Positions 12,166 to 24,849 of a DNA stretch of 64,000 nucleotides are shown in pieces. The notes beneath the pieces are model-generated. The model saw only the letters and a list, made by a program, of their open reading frames with translations. It ran no database searches and had not been told where the DNA came from. The position numbers and the translations under genes were made by a program. Positions within the stretch are counted from its first letter, which is position 1. Every line of letters begins with the position of its first letter. This DNA is from Blastocladiella emersonii ATCC 22665 (taxonomy: Eukaryota > Fungi > Blastocladiomycota), in contig JANHCV010000003.1 of assembly GCA_025594325.1 (NCBI GenBank), positions 62,001-126,000 on the forward strand, in the 5' to 3' direction.

Positions 12166-14311
12166 TCAAGTCCAGGCGGGATGCGGTTGCGTGGCCTCTT
12201 CCATGAACTCGGCCATGTCAACGAGCCGTGGAGCAACACGGCGAAGCTCGTGAAGGAACCTTTCGACGGAGAACTCGGGACGCAGGCGCTGGAGCTGAAA
12301 GACATGGCCCAAGTCTCGCGCGCGGTTGATGTCGTCAAGGGCAGCTGTCGGCAGGAGCGTCCAGACGCCAATCGAGCTGTGTCGCTCGAAGAAGCTATCG
12401 GCTGCAAGCGTTGGATCTACGTTGAACAGCGCGTGAGCAACCATCCGGCGAGCCTGAGCGCTCGCGTGGTCGCAACTCCGTTGGCACGGATTGCGCTGCG
12501 TTTCGCTTTCGGCATGCCTGCTGATGCGAAGCCAGAAATATTCATCCATGTCACGCAAGAAACCCTGAAGAGCATCTGGCATGGATTCAAAGACCAGCGC
12601 GAGTGCGTCGCGGAACAGTCTCTGTGCGGCGAGGGGGCGTTTCAAGCAAATGTCAAGTTCCGGCATGCCGATCTTGAGCTGAGACTGGGCCGGCCATAAT
12701 ACCGAGTTGATCATGATCGTTAGGATCGTGCTTTGGAGGGAAAACCGCTGAATCGTGTCGACCGCACGGCTTCGGGTCGCGGAGTTTGTCATCGTGGCCA
12801 TGATCAGGTAAGCGAGCGTCGGGGTCGCAATGTAGCGAAGGTCGTTGCCCTGGAACTGGTCGTAGCGCGGTGCAAGCAGTGCAAGCAGGTGTACGGGGTC
12901 TAGTGTAAGATCTCCGACAAGTAGCGCGCGCATGACGTGTTTTGGATGCAGATGGATGGAAGCTTGAGCGAGGTCGGACAAGTCAAGGGCGGGTAGTGTA
13001 TCGGAAGCGAGCGCAAAATTAACGAGACGCTGCGCGGATGCGTGCTGTGGCTTCTCGCCCGGTTGGTAGTGAGTGATACTCGCACAAAAACCTAGGATTT
13101 CGATGCGTCAGCAAGAAACTCTTTCTGCGCTAAGAGCTTTCATACGAACCGTCAAGAATGAGCTGCTTCCACCGCTCTGGCGAGCGGTCACGGAGCTGTT
13201 GGATATACTCGATGTCAGCCCGCGTCACGTCGGTGGCAAGCGCGTAGCCCCACAGCTCGCGGTCCATGACGCCGCACGAGTCCAAGAGCTCAAGGTCTGC
13301 GACCGGAATGCGCTCAACAATCAGCTTCATCAAGTTCTTGCGAATGTCGTTGCCAACCGCCGAGTCGAGCAGCGGCGACTCCAAGGTGATTGCTTGCTTG
13401 GCGTGATCAGACAGCCGCTCAATGAGCGGACGGAAGCACTGCGGGCCCGATTCAACGGCAAATTCGACGTACCGTGCGCGGACAGGCGCCGGCGCGCGAG
13501 CATAGTCTGAAAGCGCGAGAGCAAGAACGTCCACGGTCCGGACATCAAACTCGGAGCTTTCGAGGGCGGCGGCGCGGAAATGGGCTGTGACCGTTTGCGC
13601 TGAGAACTCGGTACCCAAAATCTCGGCGACGCGGGCTTCGTTTGCCCGAAAGTCGCGGTCGTCAAGGAGGGACGCGAGGACACCATTGCTAGCAAATATG
13701 CATGCAAGGAAGGCGAGGAAGTCGGGCAGACTCACTGGGCCATGATACATATCGTTGTAGCTGAGCCACTCGAATCGCAACCCGGTCGACTGTTCGTTGG
13801 CGACCACGAGCCAATAGATAAGTTCAACATGCGAATTACCAAAGAGTCGAGGGTGAAGAGCCATGGCGCGACCCATGAGTCGGACCAGGAGGTCGCCACG
13901 GTCGAGCACCACGGCCTGGCATAGCAGTCTGGCGAACGTGATGAGCGCATGGCTCGAGGGGGTCTGTACCGCTCCAGTAACGAAACTAGCTAGACGTGTT
14001 CCGGCTTTGGAGGCGTCCTCGGAGGAGATGCGGCGAAGTAGCAGGGTTGAGAGGTGCGCGACGATAAGCTCGTGGGTCGGCTCGATGCTGTCCGCGGACC
14101 ACAGGATCGAAAAGAGGTCAAACTCGCTGGGGCCATCGGACGCTGAGAGATATCCGCAGGCCAAAGCGAAGGTCCAAGACCCATGCGTGCACCGGTCGCG
14201 CGCCGTCACAGCAAGGATCGAGGAAGTGGCAGGGACGGCGGGCCGCGGCGCCGCAAACTGCAGGACGCGGACGGCGAGCTCGACGGGCAAAGTTGCAAGA
14301 GGTGATTTCAT
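12166..14311 (-). CDS. F-box-like N-terminal protein, tandem paralog 1 (two exons, intron 13092-13149)
   Basis: N-terminus SPLATLPVELAVRVLQF. GAC G|GTTCGT...GCTGAC...CCTAG|GT joins ORFs 13130-14377 and 12166-12981 in frame. Colinear with 15086-17304. Confidence 0.75.
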
Positions 14312-15085
14312 GGGCTCCGTTATGGTAAATACGTTCCACGGAGAGGGGAAACGAAAACGGTCAGCGGCAGCTTGCAAAGCCAGCGGCGAGCCGCATCAGC
14401 TGACGCGCACGTCACCTCTCGCAGTGCGCGCTGCGCCACACCAGTTGGCCAATCTCTGCCTTCATTTTCACTTCCAACCTAGATCCGCCCGCTTTGATTG
14501 CGAGGAAACTTCCTACCATCGTTTTCGTTTCGAGGCCTGACCTCACATGGCGAAGTGCGTGCGTTTGACCCGGCCGTAGGCAAACAGTTCGCCACGGGCA
14601 CCGTCGCCGCGTTACGCAATGGGATGTCGGCCGTGCCCTTACAGCGAAATGCCTAGGCGACCTGACTGGATGGGCGGCTAACGGTACCACTAGATTGTTC
14701 AACACAGCGAGTCTGCGGCAGATGGAGCGCTGCGAGTACGCCCCATGTGGCCCGAATCGATCTGCTTACTACGCCCAAGCTGTATACCCGAGAAATGCAG
14801 CTCGGTGGCCGGTGTACGCGCCCGAGGTACGGGTCATCCGTCCGCGCATCGCGGCGGACCACCGACCCTTGACACCTCGTACGCTAGGACTCTCACGCGC
14901 TCGCTGTTTCGCATGAACTGTTCGATAATGGCGCCGAATCGCCGCGGCCCGACGTAGCGTGCACAAACGCGGCGCTCAAGATGGTCAGCAACCTGCTGCC
15001 GCTGATGCTACGTTGAGCGCGCGTTGAAAAAAAAAATATATTATTACTAAGATATTGGAAACGCGTGGTCTGCTCGGAGCAAGTC

Positions 15086-17304
15086 TCAGGACAGGAACGA
15101 GAATGAGAGCGGAGGCCGCGCCAGCTCCTCGGTGAACTCGCGCGACTCGACCAACTGCGGAGCGACTCGGCGCACATAATCCACGGCCACATCCAGGGCG
15201 ACCCCGGTCTTTCTGACTTGAGCAAGGACAATGCGCGCCAAGTCCCGCGGGCGGGCCACGTTATTCAAGGCATTCTCGGCCAAGAGCCGCCATACCGTGT
15301 GCGGAATGCGAGTCGCGATACTGGTCGCCTCCTGCAGCAGGCGGTTGAACGCGACGGTTGGGCCCTGTTCGAGCGTGGCTTGAGCGAACAGCTGTGAGGT
15401 CGCAAGGTAGTCGCGGGAGCACTCGTGCGAAGCCTCGCATGAGGTTGCTGCGAAATTGCAAAGAGAGTGCCACGAGTACGAAGCGGTGCTAAGTGCAAAC
15501 TGGTTTGTCGCGCCTGGAAGCTTTTGGAAAATGAGCGTGAGTGCTTCACGGAACGGCTGCTGCGCAGCAAGGGGACAGTCAAGGCAGATGTCGAGACCAA
15601 AAAGGCGGTCCTTGAGCGGCCAAATCGTAGGCCGAATAACCTGCTTGAACATAACGTGAGGGACGAGCGTTCGAAAGAACGACTGCCGAATCGTGCCAAG
15701 CGCCTGGCTGCAGGTCGCGGGGTTCGCAAACACAGCAACCAGCAGACTAGCGGGGACGTGATCTAACAAAGCTTGCAAGTCGGCATCTTCAACGCAATCG
15801 CATACCACGGCAAGGAGCGATAAAAGTTGCATCGGATCTGCTTCGAGGGTTTCCCCAAACAGCGTGCTAACCAGCGTGCTAACCAGCGTGCTGACCAAAG
15901 AAGCTGGTCCGATCTGGATCGATGCTCGGACAAAGTCGCAAGTGTCAAGACCGCTTGCGGCATAGGTCTTTAGCGCAAAGTGAAGGACGCGCTGCGGATT
16001 CAATCGATCGGCCTTATTGCCAACCGTTTGGTCGCGGAAACATTTGCTGAAACCTACATGTTGCTTTACATGTCAGTCACGGGACGAGCCACGGCCTGGA
16101 ACTTGCGTGTACCATCGAGCAGAAGCTGCGTCCAATGATCGGAGAACCGGGAGCGAAGAGCATCAATCATGGTCTCGTTTTCCGTTGATACAGCAGTGGC
16201 GAGGGCGGAGGGCCACAACTTGTCGTTCATCAGGCCACACGAGTCGAGAAGCGTGAGGTCTGAGAAGGTGAGACGCCTGCAAATCCACATGCCCACAATT
16301 TTCTGAATGCGCTCGCCCTTGTCAGGATCCAGTAAGGGCGAATCAAGCGTGAGCTGAGCTTTGAGGTTATCAGCCAGCTGCCCGAAGAGTGGACGAAAGC
16401 AGCGCGGTCCTTTCTCCAAGGCGAGATCAATGTAACGGGCGCGGACAGAGGGTTCCATGTCGAGGCCTCGTGACAGCGCAAAGGCAAGGACCTCGACGAT
16501 TCGTCCGGTTAAATTTGGAGTTGAATTTGCGATCGCGCGTAGCTTGTGCGTGAGCACCTGGGCGCCCAAGTGCCGGTTTAAGATTGCGTGCACAATTTCT
16601 TCATTTGCTGGGTACCCATCATCGTCCAAAAGTGACTGGAGCAGGCCGATGTGACAGGAGGCGCAGGCTACGAAGCAAAGAAACTGGGGGAAGGTCGTGG
16701 TGTATCGGTCCAAGATGCCGAGGTCGTCGATTTGTACCCCGCCAGTCTTGGCCGCGCTGAGAAGGAGCCAGGATTCCATGAAAGTGCGCTGCTGGAGGAG
16801 CTGCGGTTTGACAGACATGACGCGGTCGATGAGCCGCATCAGGTGGTCCTTGCAGCCAAGCTCGACGGCATCGATGAGCAGCTGGTAAACGGCAACGATT
16901 GCGCGGCTCGATTGCGTACAGGTGTCACGACCGCCATGAGCTGACAGTGCACGCTCGAGCGAAGCAAGATGCAACTCATCCTCTGAGACTTGGCGTAAGA
17001 GAACGTTCGCAGTGATCAAGTGGATTGTTTCGCAGACTGACTCGGTCATGTCCAGCGAGGACAGAAAGTCGCACAGGTCGAAGCCGCCGGGACGGTTTGC
17101 GGCGGCGAGATAACGCGTGACCAGACTGAGCGACCAAGACACCAGAGTGTACCGCTCACGCACACACGCAACAAGGAACGTCGATGCGGCGGCGGTGGCG
17201 CGCCGCGGCGCTGCAAACTGCGTGACGCGCGTGACGACCTCAGCGGGTAAAATCGCAAGACTCGATTGCGGATGATCCATTGCATGTTGTGCGGGCGCTT
17301 CCAT
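15086..17304 (-). CDS. F-box-like N-terminal protein, tandem paralog 2 (two exons, intron 16054-16112)
   Basis: N-terminus SSLAILPAEVVTRVTQF. GAT G|GTACAC...ACTGAC...ATGTAG|GT joins ORFs 16066-17304 and 15086-16003 in frame, at the same intron position as paralog 1. Contains a 12-bp x3 repeat encoding LVST (~15861-15897). Confidence 0.78.
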
Positions 17305-17369
17305 GGCGTTTTAGGCGGTACATTAGCGGTCGATGGGGAGCGAGAGAGAGACGCGGAGAGGTGTTCAGC

Positions 17370-18787
17370 CAGGGGGGCTAAGTGGGGGTGAGCAGGCTAG
17401 CCAAACCGTTGTCCCCGACCTCTGCTGCAGGTCACACGTGAGCTGACCCGCTCGCTGTGCTCCAGCAGCTCGGGTCACTCTGCCTCGTGGCGGCACGGGC
17501 CTTTCACCTCACCCACGTGTCCCCCAGCGCCCCCACCCTTCAGTTGTCGATCGCTCGCACTCTTTCTCTCTGAAATACGTTCGCCCTAACACGTTGATCA
17601 TCTCGTGGAACTCACGTCCCGCTACGGCTCCACCCCGCCGACCAGACGCCGCGCGGCCACCAGCTGTCCGCCGACCTCGCCGCCCCCGCTCTCGCGCAGC
17701 CTTCTCCGCTCGATCTTGAACTCGTCGCCCTCCCCACTCGCACCTACCGACGTGCAGGCGGGGCTCGCGGCCCTGCTGGTGCCCGTCCTCGCTACAGACC
17801 TGCCCCCACCCTCCCTGCTGCCCTCGCCGACTCTGCCCCGCTCCTTGGCCTTCGCCCCTGATCCGCTCGCCGCTCAGCTCGCCGTTCGCCGTTCGCCGTT
17901 CGATCGCACGCCTGAGCGCGCAGCCGCTACTTGCATCGTCAGCCGGCACTTGGGGCTCTTGAACTTGTGAGCCTCGTCGCGCGCCGAGTCGTCCGACCCT
18001 CGCGCATGCACCGACCTGACCGCCACCCTCGTCTCTTCGCTCCCCTCGCGTCTCTCCCTCCCCGACTCCGCTCCCTCCACGTCGGCTTGCGCCTTAGAGC
18101 GCTCGCGAACCTCTTCGCGGTGGCCGTCGGACGCTGCTGCGCGGCGTTTGCTGGCGACGGTCGTGGCCATGATCAACCGCCTCGTCCGTCTCGCTCGCGA
18201 CGCTCCACACCTCATCCTCGCTCCAACTCGCGGTAGCCGCTTACATTTCTCCTCGGTTCGTTCCCTGCCGATCTCAACTCGCAACATTGCTTGTCCGGAT
18301 CGCTGCCGCGACAACTTGTGTAGCAAGTCCAAGTCGCTGCCCGCCCTTCATGCCCCCTTCGCGTGCTGCTACCCTTCGGGCCCGCTACCCACCAACGCTA
18401 TGGATGCCTCCGCGCCGCGTGCGTCGCGATCAGCACGGCTCCAGGCCCACCTCGTGCGCGCCCTTCCGCGGCGAGTCGCATCACGGCCCGCTGCCTCGTT
18501 CGCGACTTGCATCCACGCTCACGCCCCGCACGGCCCACGAAACTCGGATCTGAGTTGCTGCTTTATGTGAGCGCGAGTATGGCCAACCTGAGGCCCAACC
18601 GCAAGCGGATCGGACGACCATGATTAACGCAATATAGGTGTGAGACACTTTGATAAATCGTGGGCGGTGAGTTGACACGAAACGATTGGCTCCCCGACGA
18701 GGTGGACCGGCCGGCTCACGTGTGACCTGCAGCAGAGGTCGGGGACAACGGTTTGGCTAGCCTGCTCACCCCCACTTAGCCCCCCTG
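17370..18787. mobile_element. Putative non-autonomous TIR DNA transposon (~1.42 kb)
   Basis: 17369-17443 and 18714-18788 are perfect 75-bp reverse complements. With CAGGGGGG...CCCCCCTG termini the flanks are GTTCAGC / GTTCGGC (7 bp, 1 mismatch). No transposase is recognisable inside. Confidence 0.7.
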
Positions 18788-21769
18788 GTTCGGCGGAGCT
18801 GGTCAAAATCGGTCAGGTGAGCTCCGCTGAGTGGCGCAACGCGTCGGTGCTTTTCGGTTGTCCCGCGCGCCACCTCGGTGCTTCCTATCTTTGCTCCAAG
18901 GGGCTTCGGTGGCCCTCTTTCGGACGCGCTGATACGCTATAGAAGTCGATGGTCGCTTGCTGGCGGATCGTCGCTGGTTGGTGACGTTCTGCAGGCTCGG
19001 CTCAGCACGGCGGCACCCAGTGCGTCACACAACGCGTCGCTCAAGGAGGGCTGTGTGTGAGTCGCCGAGGATGCGATTGAGTTCGAGTTTGGTGAGAGGA
19101 CACACGGGAATCGAGGGGCGTCAGGGACAAAATACTAGCAACATATTCTCCCAGCTGAGCCAGTTGCCCCGCCCCGAGGGCCAGGGATCATGAAGTAGCG
19201 ATACACTGCTCCGCGCGTCCACGGAGAGAGTATCTAAAGCGCAGGTACCCTTGATACGTACCACGAGGGGTACCCTGAGGCGCACCCACGCGCTCCGCGC
19301 GGATCCCTCTAGCGGGTACGTCACCCGGTCATCGAGGAGGACCGCGCGAGGCAGGGTACGCACCGAAACTGAGACCCTGCACGTTTATGCGAAGTGAGAA
19401 GAGGGAGGAGGTGCAATACTCCAAGGGAAAACGTGCGCGGCACGAAACCCCCACCACCGTCCGCTGAGACCCCGCCAAGGCAGCTTATTTCCTTCACTGC
19501 CAAGGCTGCTCCGGCTCGACACCCCCGAGCGGACGATGGAGGCGATATCGCGACCCGCCGGGAATGAAGAGCTCACGGAAACAACAAGTGGTGGATTCGC
19601 TAGGCTCGCAGCAGGAGGCCACACTCCTTTGGTGTGGCCGCCGCATCGGACGACGTGGACCCCACCCGTACACGTTCGTCGGCGTCAGAGTGCGACAAGG
19701 GCCCTGCCCAGGTCGTGCCGAGAGACGGGTACGGGCAGCGCCGCAGCTGGTAGTGGTGTGCGGGCGGACCGAGGGGTCGGGTCTCGGTTCATGGGGGTAA
19801 TGCCATTGCATGGAGTGTGGGGATGAGTTGAGCGATCGAGTAGTAGGGTTGGGTAGGTGGGTTGACAAGCAAGCGGTCGAGAGGAGAGCGAGGAAGCGGG
19901 CCGGTTTTATACGCGTCGGGCTACTGCACGGCAAAGATGTCGGCGGCCGCGGACACACGAGCAACGCACCCGTCGGGTCCGTTCGACGAATAAATAAAAA
20001 TGCGCGTCTCCCGTAAAAAGTCTTGGCGCGCTCGGTGCAACATTCGAGAAGGGGGACGGCAAGCGCGACGCGTCCGACGCGCGTGGAACAAGCAAGGTGG
20101 GTGACCGCGGTGCGCCACGGGCATCGAGGCAGGAGATAGTGGCCAGACTCGGTGCAACGGGATATTTCGGCGGCAACCGTGCCGAGGACACGAGAAACGA
20201 TCCCCTGCATCGCGCCTCCGTAGTGATGGACGAGGGCCACGGCAGCCTGACGCGGAGCACGACGGCGGAAAACAACGGAGAATCCTCGCTCGACGCCGCG
20301 TGCGATGCGGCAAGTGGGATACGGGTGCCGTTTGGGGATGCTCGAGAGGGAGACGAGGCGGCGGGGTGCGAAGAAAAGACGCGCCGCGCGGTGGCGGAGA
20401 TGCGCGACGCGTCTCTCACCGCGGTCGCGTGATGTGAGACACTTTCGACGTGACCGTCCCCCTGAAGATCCTCTCCCAGCGACCGCTCAACTCTCGCGAG
20501 AGGCGTTCCGCGTGGTCGAGTGGCTGCATGTTGAGGATCTCGCGCGAGTGGCTCCGCGCACGCGACTCGGCGAGCACCGACTGTGTCGAGCGCCGTGAGA
20601 GCGATCGGGACGCTCAATGTAGCGGAAAGCGGCTGAGGGAAGCGCTGGAGCAAGAGTTCGCGAGGATGAAGCGAGGGCTCGGAGCGGCGGCGGGAGCGGC
20701 GGCATCGCAGAGGCGCGCGGGAGCGACTCAGCCCAGTAGGACGGCCGGGAAGGTCGGTAAGATACATTGCAGCGAGTGAGGTGGCCACGAGAAGCCGTCG
20801 AGGGAGCAAAGAAGGCAGGTTCAGTGCGAGGCGGCCCAACCTAGTCGGCGTCGCTGGTGGCGAGCGAGCGAGCAAGCGAGCCCACCCACCCGTCCCACGT
20901 GAAGCTGCAACGCGACGCGTTCCGGCGCGTTTCCCGTGACGTTGCTCTTCGTCCCACTTGCGACAAGGCGCATCGCGCGCGTCTCCGGGTCGCCCCGTCA
21001 GGGGTCGTCGGTGCGCGGCCCAAGTTTAAAGGTCGGGAACCCGGCGACGGGCCACGCCGCGCGCTCGCAGCTGCCGCGACGGGAGGATGGCTGCTCGCTC
21101 TCAAGCAGTCGCACTCGCGGATGGATGGGATCGTGAGAGTTGAAGATGAAGCTACCTCGTAGATGATAAGGTTGCGAAACTAGGATGTAGAGGCCATGTG
21201 GATGGATGAAGGCCACCTCGCGAGCGTGTGGCAGGCCAAGCAGGGACTGCGCTCGAGGCGCCACAGCGGTAGTATCCTCTTAAAACCTGCTCGACGTTTG
21301 TCTGGGTCTCTCTCTCGGCCCAGCAGCGCGGCGCAGCAGCTCAACAGCGAGTCTGGAGCGTCTGGAGCGGGCGACCGCTGTCATGGAGCACTCGCCGCAG
21401 GGCGCCGCAGGGCGCCGCGGGACGCATGCACCGGCCCAAGGTGCGGTGCGGGTCGGCCGCAGCGCGTTGCAGGCACTTTCGAGTGCGATTACGAGTCGCT
21501 TTGGGTGCTGCCGAGAGGAGCGGCGACGCCCGATCGCGCCAGAAGCAGCCTAGGCGACCATGGGAACGCGGGGGAGGCTCGGCGCCGACGTGCCGGTCGC
21601 GTGCGTGGCGGCGCCGGAGCTCCTCTCCACCTCTCCTCCTCGTCGCCTGCTCCCGCGGCCATGGTACGTGACGCCGGGTTGATCGCACCACAGTGGGATG
21701 GCATGGGACCGCATCATCGGCTGTATCTGGTAGACTCGATGGACGCGATGCCGTGGGACACGGGGCGCG

Positions 21770-21890
21770 AGACACACGCGGCAGTCGCGTGATTCCTCGA
21801 CGCGTCTCCCCTGTCTCGCACCGCGGCCACGCGCGGCTGTCTCCACTCGGCTCCCCCGCCCGTCACGCGGCCCGCGACGCGTCGCCGGTG
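21770..21890 (+). promoter_or_regulatory. Cluster of ACGCGT (MCB-like) and GTCTCGCA motifs upstream of the 22076 gene
   Basis: GTGATTCCTCGACGCGTCTCCC matches 49772-49793 at 21 of 22 nt and lies ~200-300 bp upstream of the ATG. Confidence 0.4.
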
Positions 21891-22075
21891 CACTGTTGCT
21901 GTTCGCGCGCGCGGCACTCGCGCCCGTCCCCGTCCGCGGCCGGCCCCTCAAAAGCGCGCCCGTCCCCGCGAGCCGGTCGCTTCTCTCCTCATGCTATCCA
22001 CGCTCTGTAGCAGACCCCATACCCCATACCCGCCACGCATCCGAACGCCCACCGCGACCACGACTACCACCACCA

Positions 22076-24421
22076 TGGACCCGATCGCCTTCATCCTGGC
22101 CCTCGGCCTCGCGCTCATGGCCCTCTTCTCGACCATGCAGGGCGCCGCCGCCTTCGCCATCCCCGCCGTGTCCGCCACCCCCGCTGCTGCCGCGCCCGTG
22201 TGCGCGTACCCGTCGGCCCTCTACCTCATCGCCGAGGTGTGCCCCCGCTCATCTGCCTCGCTCGTCCCCTCGGACTCGACTACCTCCACTACTACTATCG
22301 GCAACGCCATCTTCGACTTCATCGCGACCAAGTTCGACTTCAACCTGTACCCCGCCGACTCGATCGACGGCACCTACGACAACTCGGCCGACTTCTCCGA
22401 GATCCGCAAGAGCTGCGGCTTCGCGACCTTCCCCAAGGCCTCGTTTGGTGCGTCTCTCCCCGCTTCTCCCTCCTCGCCGTCGTGTCGCTCGCGGGTAGTC
22501 CCAGCGTGTGCCGCGCGACGCGTCGCTCAAAGATCGGGAGACGCGCCACGTGGGCCCGCTCGCGCGCTTCCTCCCCTCCCTTTGCCGCCGCCCCGCTCTC
22601 GTGCTCCCTCCCGATCGCCATGAAACTCACACTCCACGCCCATGTATCGCAGACTACTTCGCGCAACATGTGCGCACCGCTACCTCGACGGCCGCGGCCG
22701 CCGTGACCGCGGTCTCGTCCTACGACTTTTTCGGCGCGACCTCGCTCGCCAACCTCGACTTCACCGACTTCCACACCGACCACTTCACCATCATCTCGTC
22801 CTGCGGCCCGCTCGCCCCAGGCACCGACTCCAACTACCTCTACATCCCGTGCGCGACGCGCGCCAGCCCCATGGGCATCGACTTTGCCAAGAACCAGACG
22901 CTGCCGGTCGCCCTCGAGGTCACGGCTACTGCAGCCGCGCCTCGGGTAGCTACACCCGCACCCGTCTGCATCATCCTGGGCGGTGGCAAGCTATGCAGCC
23001 CCGCCCTCCCCGTCGCGACGACGCTGACCGCCGGCCACGCCGCGGCCGTCCTGTCCGACCTGTACTCGGGCCTCAAGGAGCCGACTCTCGGGCTCACCGA
23101 GGCCCTCACCCTCCTGTTCGACTACTCGTACCTCCGCGCTCTTCCCTCCATTGTTGTAATCCCCAGCACCCTCCTCCCTGCCGACTTTGCCAACCTGACT
23201 ACCGCCGGCCTCGTTGCCGTGACTCGACTCGACTACCTCATTACCATCGTTGCCCTGACCATCGTCTTTGGCTTCGTCACCTCGCTCGCGCTGCGCCACG
23301 CGCGGCCCACCTCCAAGATCGACTCGGGCATCCACGACGGCCACGACGCGTACGACTCGACCGGCGATTCGGACGCCGAGACCCTCGTCGACGCGTGCCC
23401 CAACCACTCCAACAACCTCAAGTCGGACCTCGAGACCGACTGGACCGACGGCGACGACGACGTGACCGTGTCGGGCAGCAGGACTACCACCATGTCCGAC
23501 TTGACCTGCACCAGCTCGCCCGCCTCGGTCCTCGCGCAGTCGGTCCTCGACCTCGACAACATCAAGTCGGTGACCGTGACCGAGTCCGAGATCCTGGGCC
23601 AGATCACGACCAAGACCGATATCCCCGCGCGCGACATCGCCTCGCGCCCCGGCACCCCGACTGGTTCCGCCGCCGACGCGGACCTCGCGCAGTCGATCGG
23701 CTCGGTGACGTCGACGCCCATCCTGTGCAAGAACATCAACAACACCAAGTCGACGGCGGCGGCGCTCGACGACGCCGAGGTCGCGCTGGCGACGGATCTC
23801 ACGATCCCCGCGAGCGACATCGCCTCGCGCCCCACCACCCCGACGGTCGGTCTCGAGATCGACGCGTCCATGGCCACGTCCAAGACCCTGTCCAACGGCT
23901 ACGAGAGCGGCTACGAGACCGACGCCTCGTGCTCCGACGTCGACGAGGACCGGTTCGGCTTCGAGACCCGCGGCACCGCCTCGATCGACCGGCTGTCGTG
24001 CTCCGCCCTCTACTTCAACGGCACCTTCATGCCGCCCTCGGTCGACGCCCACGTGTTTGCGCCCGCCCTCGCCCTCGCCGAGCCGCTGGCGCCCGCGCCC
24101 GCGCACAAGGCCGCGCTCGCCCCGCCGGCCCGCGCCATTAAGAAGACCAAGAAGAAGTCGGCGGCCGCCAAGAAGCCCGCCGCTGCTGCCGCCGCCACCG
24201 CGTACGCGTCCCCGTCGTCGTCCGACTCGGACCTGGTCGCCGCCGACTACGTCTCCATCAACTCGGCCGACGTCGTCGACGAAATGGACCGCGACGAGTA
24301 CGTCAAGGTCGACGTGCGCAACTCGATCCCCACGCCCCCGCCGACCGACTCGGAGCTCGACGGCGAGTACGAGAAGGTCGAGACGGCTGAGGTCGTCAAC
24401 CAGATGGACTGCGACGAGTAA
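22076..24421 (+). CDS. Predicted secreted / single-pass membrane protein with acidic repetitive tail (intron ~22449-22651)
   Basis: accaccATG start with signal-like MDPIAFILALGLALMALFS. TTTG|GTGCGT...CGCAG|AC joins two ORFs. Hydrophobic segment LDYLITIVALTIVFGFVTSLAL. Internal repeats IPAxDIASRPxTPT x2 and DVVDEMDRDE/EVVNQMDCDE. Confidence 0.75.
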
Positions 24422-24849
24422 GTGCTCGTTCGCTGACCCGCGGCCGACGTCACGGCCGACTACGACCGCCAGCACCACAGCTAGAACCCGTCGGCGCCGC
24501 GTGGACGGCGCCGTCTACACTACTAGACTAGACTACCCTCGGGCGTGTACACACACCCTCCCCCATTCCACTTGTCAAAACATAAAATACCCGACTTGGA
24601 CTCTAAACATGGCACTCTTGGCTCAGTCAGCGCGTCGCGCTCCTCAGGCGGTACAGCAGCAGATCCTTGAAGACTCCGCCAAGGCTAGACCCTGTTGTTC
24701 GCGTGCGGCCGGAGCTGACGCTGGTCGCGGACAGCTGACGTGCTTCGCCACCCTTTCAACTCTTTCACACGCGAGGATTCTGCTCAAGAGCGTGCGGATC
24801 TCTGTTGAACTCTGTGCTGCACGACGCCAGCCTACCTGCTCTTGCCGGC

